Shown piece after piece: positions 8,634 through 14,330 of a DNA stretch of 32,000 nt. The stretch lies in NCBI GenBank assembly GCA_049511795.1, contig JBEKXS010000001.1, positions 1 to 32,000 on the forward strand, given 5' to 3'. Under the pieces are notes generated by a model. It was not told the origin of the DNA. It saw only the letters and a list, made by a program, of their open reading frames with translations, and made no database searches. Source of the stretch: Candidatus Saccharimonadota bacterium. Lineage in GTDB: Archaea; Nanobdellota; Nanobdellia; Pacearchaeales; GW2011-AR1. The translations under genes were made by a program, and so were the position numbers. Positions within the stretch are counted from its first letter, which is position 1; the number at the start of each line of letters is the position of its first letter.

Positions 8634-8949
8634 AAAAAAGAAGTTTTCTTTTAGCGCAAGGAAATGCAGTGAACTTGGAAAAGTTATTGGTTTGATGTTT
8701 TCCCGACGTGAAAATGCAAAAATACTTTTGTTCGAATTTAGTAAACCTGTCAGATTTAGCATTCATTCTCTGTTTGTTTTCTTTCCCTTTGTAGCTATAT
8801 GGCTTGATGAAAACGGCAGAGTTATACAAATCAAGACAATAAAACCATTTACCTTGTCAGTAAGACCAAGAAAATCGTACAAAAAGCTGCTGGAAATACC
8901 GATAAACAAAAAAGAACAGCAAAAATTGCAATTCTTCGTCGGTAATTAG
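8605..8949 (+). CDS. DUF192 (UPF0127/COG1430)-like protein
   Basis: GLMFSRRENAKILLFEF...FVAIWLDENGRVIQIKTIKP...LLEIP fits the DUF192 pattern (GLM.R ... LD..f.D.nG.V..i ... vLE). It overlaps the previous gene by 29 nt, so the exact start is uncertain. Confidence 0.6.
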   Translation: MQVKVGFQYKKKKFSFSARKCSELGKVIGLMFSRRENAKILLFEFSKPVRFSIHSLFVFFPFVAIWLDENGRVIQIKTIKPFTLSVRPRKSYKKLLEIPINKKEQQKLQFFVGN

Positions 8950-9017
8950 AAAGATTTAAATACAGAATTCGGCTTTATTAAATTAGATACTAAAAATATC
9001 TAAAAAGGAGGTGCTAA

Positions 9018-9143
9018 ATGGGAAAAGTACTTGTAAGGAATGCAATCAAAAGAAAGCCAGGATATCTTTACTATGTAGATGGAAAGGGAAATGTATGTGA
9101 AGCAAAAATGGCTAGAGGCGGTAAGAGAAAGAAAAGAAGATAG
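9018..9143 (+). CDS. 41-aa highly basic micro-protein (not in ORF track)
   Basis: ATG is preceded by a very strong SD, AAAGGAGGTG, at a 5-7 nt spacing. Translation is MGKVLVRNAIKRKPGYLYYVDGKGNVCEAKMARGGKRKKRR, with stop TAG at 9141-9143. TATA-like TTTAAATA sits at about 8955 and a T-rich tract follows the gene. Confidence 0.55.
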   Translation: MGKVLVRNAIKRKPGYLYYVDGKGNVCEAKMARGGKRKKRR

Positions 9144-9205
9144 ACCTCCAAATTTATTATTTTTATTTAACTTTATTGCGTTTAAATATTTCTAAGAATC
9201 AAATT

Positions 9206-9496
9206 TTAAAGAGCATTAACTACTAGGCTCTCTAATTTCTGTCCAAAATCAGTTGGAATCTGCATGCCATCCATTCTTTTGTATTTGTAAGAATCTATTC
9301 TGTAATAAACTACCATCATTTGCCCGTGGATATTGTGCAATCCCAAATCAGAAGCTTTTATTTCATCAGGCAAATAAACAGCCTTCTTTATTGCCTTGCC
9401 CCCTGCCTTTGTTTTTACATGAACACTTGCAACTATTCCTCTGTCTTTTGTATCTCTGAAGATAACTTTTGCGTCATAAATTCTCTTATTCTCCAT
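9206..9496 (-). CDS. Hypothetical protein (96 aa from MENKRIY)
   Basis: The long ORF is divergent from kae1. The first ATG at 9514 is only about 10 nt from the shared TATA element, whereas the second ATG at 9496 is about 28 nt from it and is therefore preferred. I recognised no family. Confidence 0.45.
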   Translation of the reverse strand: MENKRIYDAKVIFRDTKDRGIVASVHVKTKAGGKAIKKAVYLPDEIKASDLGLHNIHGQMMVVYYRIDSYKYKRMDGMQIPTDFGQKLESLVVNAL

Positions 9497-9517
9497 ATAA
9501 AACCCAAAATTCATGAA

Positions 9518-9530
9518 TTTTATAAATATA
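9518..9530. promoter_or_regulatory. Shared near-palindromic TATA element between divergent genes (kae1 and the 9206-9496 ORF)
   Basis: TTTTATAAATATA is centred about 24 nt from the kae1 ATG (9548, + strand) and about 28 nt from the ATG at 9496 (- strand). The whole divergent spacer is only 51 nt. Confidence 0.4.
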
Positions 9531-9547
9531 CTTTTACTGAAACATAT

Positions 9548-10534
9548 ATGATAATTTTAGGCATTGAAAGCACTGCACACACTTTCGGTATTGGAATTGT
9601 AAGAAATGGCAAAATTATTGCAAATGCAAAGAAAACTTATACAACGGAAAAGGGCGGAATTATTCCAATGGAAGCTGCAAAACATCACCAGCAACACAAG
9701 GAAGAGATTTATTCAGAGGCATTATCCAACGCAGGAATAAAAGAAGAAGATATCGACGCTCTTGCAATCTCGCATGGGCCTGGCCTTTCTCCATGCCTTC
9801 TTCAGGGAATGCATTTTGCAAAAGAGCTTTCTGAAAAACTGAAAAAACCGGTTGTGCCTGTCAATCATTGCATTGCTCATCTGGAAATAGGGAGAACAAC
9901 AGGAGCAAAAGATCCTGTAATGCTTTATGCTTCCGGAGCAAACACACAGATAATTGCATATGCATCTGGAAAATTCCGTGTCTTTGGTGAAACTCTTGAC
10001 ATCGGAATTGGCAATTTTATTGATACATTTGCCCGTTATGCAGGAATTGGATTTCCAGGAGGACCGAAAATCGAAAAACTTGCACTTGAAGGAAAAGAAT
10101 TAATCAAACTTCCTTACAAAGTAAAGGGAATGGACATTGCGCTTTCAGGAATACTTACAAACTTGAAACAAAAACTTGAATCAGGAAAATACAAGCTTTC
10201 TGATTTGTCTTTTTCCCTTCAGGAACAAGCATTTCCTATGCTTGTTGAAACTTCTGAACGTGCTTTGGCACATACAGGAAAAAAAGAGCTTTTGCTTGGA
10301 GGAGGAGTTGCATGCAACAAAAGGCTTCAGGAAATGTGCAAAATAATGTGCAAAGAACGAGGAGCAGAATTTTTCTGCCCTGAAAATTCTGTTCTTACTG
10401 ATAATGGAGCAATGATTGCTTATCTTGGAGAAATTATGTTCAAATCAGGAATAAAAATCGAGGGAAAAAAGCTCAAGGAACTTGACATAAAACCAAGGCA
10501 AAGAACAGATGACGTTGAAGTTACATGGAGATAA
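9548..10534 (+). CDS. kae1: tRNA N6-adenosine threonylcarbamoyltransferase Kae1
   Basis: MIILGIESTAHTFGIGIV..., HGPGLSPCL, VNHCIAHLE and GGGVACNKRL are Kae1/TsaD hallmarks. The ORF track's 76-codon N-terminal extension runs antisense through the neighbouring gene and is rejected. The protein is 328 aa and is not fused to Bud32. Confidence 0.9.
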   Translation: MIILGIESTAHTFGIGIVRNGKIIANAKKTYTTEKGGIIPMEAAKHHQQHKEEIYSEALSNAGIKEEDIDALAISHGPGLSPCLLQGMHFAKELSEKLKKPVVPVNHCIAHLEIGRTTGAKDPVMLYASGANTQIIAYASGKFRVFGETLDIGIGNFIDTFARYAGIGFPGGPKIEKLALEGKELIKLPYKVKGMDIALSGILTNLKQKLESGKYKLSDLSFSLQEQAFPMLVETSERALAHTGKKELLLGGGVACNKRLQEMCKIMCKERGAEFFCPENSVLTDNGAMIAYLGEIMFKSGIKIEGKKLKELDIKPRQRTDDVEVTWR

Positions 10535-10572
10535 ATTATCTAAAAAGATTTAAAAAGCTATTTTTTCTCACT

Positions 10573-10605
10573 AAATAATCCGATGAGCGAAAGTGAGGAT
10601 AATTT
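10573..10605 (+). promoter_or_regulatory. Kink-turn (K-turn) hairpin in the rpl7ae 5' leader, a candidate L7Ae autoregulatory site
   Basis: The RNA reads UCC-GAU-GA-GC-GAAA-GU-GA-GGA over 10579-10599. This gives a C-stem UCC/GGA, a 3-nt bulge GAU, tandem sheared G.A/A.G pairs, a 2-bp NC stem (G.U, C-G) and a GAAA tetraloop. The lower stem extends to 10573/10605 with one A.A mismatch. It lies 27-59 nt upstream of the rpl7ae ATG. Confidence 0.6.
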
Positions 10606-10631
10606 CTTTCGTTTTAATTGGAAACAACAAA

Positions 10632-10931
10632 ATGGATGTTTACAGCATAATCGAAAAAGCAAGAAAGACAGGAAAAGTCGAGAAAGGAACAAATGAAGTT
10701 ACAAAAGCAATAGAAAGAGGAACCGCAAAACTTGTCGTTTATGCAGCAGACGTTTCTCCAAAAGAAATAATTCAGCATATTCCAATGCTTTGCAAAGAGA
10801 AAAAAATTTTATGCAAAGAAGTTGACAGCAAACAGAAGCTGGGAATTGCTGTCGGAATTTCTGTACCCGCATCTTCAGTCGCAGTAATAAATCCCGGCGA
10901 TGCTGAAAAAGACATTGCTTCTTTAAAGTAA
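10632..10931 (+). CDS. rpl7ae: 50S ribosomal protein L7Ae
   Basis: [29 protein letters not shown]...LC.EK.I is classic L7Ae/L30e-family sequence. The ATG at 10632 is preferred over the GTG at 10593, which lies inside the K-turn. The conserved archaeal operon order L7Ae-S28e-L24e follows. Confidence 0.9.
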   Translation: MDVYSIIEKARKTGKVEKGTNEVTKAIERGTAKLVVYAADVSPKEIIQHIPMLCKEKKILCKEVDSKQKLGIAVGISVPASSVAVINPGDAEKDIASLK

Positions 10932-10932
10932 A

Positions 10933-11241
10933 ATGGCAGGCTCATCACAAAAAAAATCAAAACAGCAACAGCAGCAGCAACAAAATCAGGCAACAAAAGG
11001 CAGCGAGAAGATTCTCGGAGAAGCTGTTCCAGCTCTTGTTCAGGAAATAATAGGAAGAACAGGATTTCGAGGCGAAATTACACAGGTTAAATGCTTTGTA
11101 ACAGCTGGAAGAGACAAAGGAAGGGAAATAAGAAGAAATGTTAAGGGTCCTATCCGTGTTGGTGATTACTTAATTCTCAGGGAAACAGAAATTGAGGCAA
11201 GAAGAATAAAATCAAAAGTCACAAAAGGAGCTTACACTTAA
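10933..11241 (+). CDS. rps28e: 30S ribosomal protein S28e with N-terminal Gln-rich extension
   Basis: The core [19 protein letters not shown]...[30 protein letters not shown] is S28e. Start is 1 nt after the rpl7ae stop. At 102 aa it is longer than the roughly 70 aa usual for this protein. Confidence 0.85.
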   Translation: MAGSSQKKSKQQQQQQQNQATKGSEKILGEAVPALVQEIIGRTGFRGEITQVKCFVTAGRDKGREIRRNVKGPIRVGDYLILRETEIEARRIKSKVTKGAYT

Positions 11242-11242
11242 A

Positions 11243-11404
11243 ATGCCAAAATGCAGCTATTGCGGAAAAGATTATGAGCCTCCACACGGGCTTACAATGG
11301 TAATGAATGATGGTACTTTGAAGTATATTTGCTCCTCAAAATGCAGAAAAAACATGCTTATGAAGAGAAGGAAAGTCCGCTGGATTTCCAAAAAAGAGAA
11401 GTAG
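11243..11404 (+). CDS. rpl24e: 50S ribosomal protein L24e (not in ORF track, 53 aa)
   Basis: MPKCSYCGKDYEPPHGLTMVMNDGTLKYICSSKCRKNMLMKRRKVRWISKKEK shows the typical L24e C..C...C..C zinc ribbon and basic tail. ATG is 1 nt after the rps28e stop and AAGGAG lies 12 nt upstream. Confidence 0.85.
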   Translation: MPKCSYCGKDYEPPHGLTMVMNDGTLKYICSSKCRKNMLMKRRKVRWISKKEK

Positions 11405-11596
11405 TTTTAATTCTGCAAAATTTCAAAAAATAACCCTGTTTTTCATGCAAAAAATGGTTTTATCGACGATAAAATCGGAAAAAGGTTTATAAACCAAGCT
11501 TTCGTTTTTCTGATATCATAGGGTAAAAAAGGACAGATTTTCTTGTCCAAAATTCACCAAAAACCTGAGAATTTAGCAAAAGCTTTCAAAAACAAA

Positions 11597-13489
11597 ATGG
11601 CAGACACAAAAGGAAGTAATAACTACACAGCAGCAGATATTAAGGTGCTTGAGGGCCTTGAAGGAGTAAGAAAAAGGCCTGCAATGTACATAGGAAGCAC
11701 TGGAAAAGATGGTTTGCATCATCTTGTTTATGAGGTAGTTGACAATTCTGTTGATGAAGCACTTGCAGGATACTGCAAAAAGATAGTTGTTACAATAAAT
11801 AAAGATGGTTCTGTGACAGTTATAGATGATGGCAGGGGAATTCCAGTAGATATGCATCCAACTTTGAAGATTCCTGCTGTTGAAGTTGCGCTTACAAAGC
11901 TTCATGCAGGCGGAAAATTCGATAAAAAAGCATATGTCATTTCAGGAGGATTGCATGGTGTTGGAGTCAGCGTTGTAAATGCATTATCAAAAAAGCTTGT
12001 TGTTGAAGTAAAACATGAGGGTAAAATCTATACACAAGAATATTCAAGAGGAATAACAAAAACAAAACTGAAAGAAAGCGGAAAATCAGAGGGAACAGGG
12101 ACAACAATCACTTTTTGGCCTGATGAAGAAATATTTTCTACTGTAGTTTTTGATTACAAAGTTCTTGAAAACAGGTTTAGGGAAATAACATTCTTAAATC
12201 CTGGATTGAAAATTCTTCTTGAAGATGAAGAAAAAGGAAAGAAAGAAGAATTTTATTCTTCTGGCGGGCTTATCGAGTTTGTAAAATGGCTTAACAAATC
12301 AAAAGAAGCTCTGCACAAGCCGATTTATTTCAAAAAAGAAATTGACCACAGTGTCATAGAAGCCGCAATACAGTACAACAACAGCTATCAGGAAAATATT
12401 TTCGGTTTTGTAAATACAATTAACACAATTGAAGGAGGAACTCATGTCTCTGGCTTCAAGACAGCTTTGACAAGAGTAATTAATGATTATGCAAAAAGCA
12501 AAGAGCTTATCAAAGGAGAATCTTTGCAGGGAGATGATGTTCGTGAAGGGCTTACAGCTATTATCAGCTTGAAAATGCAAGAGCCACAATTTGAAGGACA
12601 GACAAAAACAAAATTAGGCAACAGTGAGATGAAGGGTTTTGTTGATTCTGCTACAACTCAGGCACTTGGAGAATTTTTTGAGGAAAACCCTGGAATTGCA
12701 AGAATAATAACTGCAAAAGCACTTGACTCCGCGAAAGCAAGGCTTGCTGCGAAGAAAGCAAAAGACCTTGTAAGGAGAAAAAACGCTTTTTCTCTCGGAG
12801 GTTTGCCTGGAAAACTTGCAGACTGCTCTTCAAGAAAAACAGAAGACACAGAAATTTACATTGTAGAAGGTCTTTCAGCAGCAGGAACAGCTAAAGATGC
12901 AAGAAACAAGGAAATACAAGCTATTCTTCCATTAAAAGGAAAAATTCTAAACGTGGAGAAGTCAAGTCCTGTTCGTTCTCTTTCCAGCGAGGAAATTGCA
13001 AATTTAATAACAGCAATAGGAACAGGTGTTGGCGAGGATTTCAATGTTGAAAACCTGAGATACAATAAAATAATAATTATGTCTGATGCAGATGTTGATG
13101 GAGAGCACATCAAAACTCTTTTGCTTACTCTTTTCTATAGATTTATGCCGCAGCTTATTGAAGGCTCACATATTTACGTTGCTCTTCCTCCATTGTACAG
13201 GATAAGAAAAGGACAGAAAGACCAGTATGTTTACACTGATGAAGAATTGAAGAAAGAAGTCGGAAGCCCTGAAGGAAACAATGTCACAAGGTTCAAGGGT
13301 CTTGGAGAAATGTCATCACAGCAATTATGGGAAACAACAATGAATCCAAAGACAAGGAAAATAAAAAAGATTTTCATAGAAGATGCTGTTGAGGCAGACA
13401 GTGTTTTCACAATGCTGATGGGTGATGACGTGCAGGCAAGAAAACTTTTCATTCAAGAAAATGCAAAGGAGGCAAATCTTGATATCTAA
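11597..13489 (+). CDS. gyrB: DNA gyrase subunit B
   Basis: Motifs present: VLEGLEGVRKRPAMYIGS, HHLVYEVVDNSVDEA, DDGRGIPV, GGLHGVGVSVVNALS, QFEGQTKTKLGN, PLKGKILNVEK and IMSDADVDGEHI. The ORF track start is TTG at 11543. ATG 11597 gives a canonical N-terminus, but either start is possible. Confidence 0.93.
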   Translation: MADTKGSNNYTAADIKVLEGLEGVRKRPAMYIGSTGKDGLHHLVYEVVDNSVDEALAGYCKKIVVTINKDGSVTVIDDGRGIPVDMHPTLKIPAVEVALTKLHAGGKFDKKAYVISGGLHGVGVSVVNALSKKLVVEVKHEGKIYTQEYSRGITKTKLKESGKSEGTGTTITFWPDEEIFSTVVFDYKVLENRFREITFLNPGLKILLEDEEKGKKEEFYSSGGLIEFVKWLNKSKEALHKPIYFKKEIDHSVIEAAIQYNNSYQENIFGFVNTINTIEGGTHVSGFKTALTRVINDYAKSKELIKGESLQGDDVREGLTAIISLKMQEPQFEGQTKTKLGNSEMKGFVDSATTQALGEFFEENPGIARIITAKALDSAKARLAAKKAKDLVRRKNAFSLGGLPGKLADCSSRKTEDTEIYIVEGLSAAGTAKDARNKEIQAILPLKGKILNVEKSSPVRSLSSEEIANLITAIGTGVGEDFNVENLRYNKIIIMSDADVDGEHIKTLLLTLFYRFMPQLIEGSHIYVALPPLYRIRKGQKDQYVYTDEELKKEVGSPEGNNVTRFKGLGEMSSQQLWETTMNPKTRKIKKIFIEDAVEADSVFTMLMGDDVQARKLFIQENAKEANLDI

Positions 13490-13497
13490 AAACAAAA

Positions 13498-13731
13498 ATG
13501 AAACTGAAAATGAATTGTCCAAAGTGCGGTTCTGAGAAAATCAGCATAACATCTGATGAAAAAGACCCAACTCCTATGTACAAGTGCGCAAAATGCGGAT
13601 ACAAAGGAAGACTTTTTCCAAAGTTTGAAAGTGACAAGAATGTAACAGATGAAGAAGCTGACGAAGACGAACTTGGTGAAGACGAAGATGAGGAAGAATC
13701 AACTGAAGACGAAGAAACAACACAATTTTGA
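13498..13731 (+). CDS. Small zinc-ribbon protein with extreme acidic C-terminal tail
   Basis: ATG is 8 nt after the gyrB stop. The zinc ribbon is CPKC-x19-CAKC. The last roughly 30 residues are almost all D/E (DEEADEDELGEDEDEEESTEDEETTQF). Confidence 0.6.
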   Translation: MKLKMNCPKCGSEKISITSDEKDPTPMYKCAKCGYKGRLFPKFESDKNVTDEEADEDELGEDEDEEESTEDEETTQF

Positions 13732-13743
13732 GGAAAAACAATC

Positions 13744-14034
13744 ATGGGAAAACTGGCAACGCCTGAATGGATATTGAAAGGCTACAAATCAAAAGAAGAA
13801 TTCGACAGAAAAACAGGAAAGAAAACCAGCGGAAGCAGCAACAAAGGCGGAAAAACTTACAAAGTTAAAAAATGCCCAAAATGCGGAAGCACAAATGTTT
13901 CTGTTATTCTGGGACAGGAAGAAGGAAGGGGAAAGAGCGAGTGGGAATGCAAGAAATGCAAATGGGTAGGAAAAGATGTTGAGGAGAAGGAAGTTGGAGA
14001 AGAAGAATTTATGAAAATAGGAGAAGAAAAATGA
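13744..14034 (+). CDS. Small zinc-ribbon protein (basic N-terminal region, acidic C-terminal tail)
   Basis: GAGGA lies 9 nt upstream of the ATG. The zinc ribbon is CPKC-x20-CKKC. The N-terminus is Lys-rich and the tail is Glu-rich. It resembles the preceding ORF and may be a paralogue. Confidence 0.6.
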   Translation: MGKLATPEWILKGYKSKEEFDRKTGKKTSGSSNKGGKTYKVKKCPKCGSTNVSVILGQEEGRGKSEWECKKCKWVGKDVEEKEVGEEEFMKIGEEK

Positions 14035-14330
14035 AAGTCCACATTGGAAAAGTGACGCACTTAGAGGATTTTAAAAAACTAATAAAAATGAAAGAAGGAT
14101 TTAAAATAATTATTTTAGGAAATACTTATGAAATAGTAAAAATTGACTATGATGTTTATCCTAGGAATTGGAAGAAAAATGAAGATTACGAACTTGTTAA
14201 AAAATTTTTACTTCATGATACTGAAAGCTCTATGATTTTACCTACAGATCATCTTACAGAAGATTTGAGAGGAAACATTAAACTCAATGGAAAAAAAGTA
14301 AACAAGAGAGACATTAAATTATTAAAATGA
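14031..14330 (+). CDS. Hypothetical 99-aa protein in the gyrase operon
   Basis: It has ATGA start/stop overlaps with both neighbours (14031-14034 and 14327-14330). AGGAG lies 7 nt upstream. I recognised no family. Confidence 0.5.
   Translation: MKVHIGKVTHLEDFKKLIKMKEGFKIIILGNTYEIVKIDYDVYPRNWKKNEDYELVKKFLLHDTESSMILPTDHLTEDLRGNIKLNGKKVNKRDIKLLK

Noticed and set aside
9320-9547. N-terminal extensions in the ORF track for kae1 (9320), rps10 (to 24716), rpl7ae (GTG 10593), the DUF2334-like gene (TTG 27885) and the surface protein (TTG 5159)
   Set aside because: The extensions overlap neighbouring genes or regulatory elements and use non-ATG starts or Cys/Phe-rich nonsense sequence. The conserved family N-termini begin at internal ATGs that sit at canonical distances from TATA-like boxes.
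13449-13745. 98-aa Ser-rich ORF on the minus strand
   Set aside because: It is the antisense mirror of the GAA/GAC/GAT acidic-tail codons of the 13498-13731 gene and of the gyrB 3' end. It has no independent start signals and is a low-complexity artefact.
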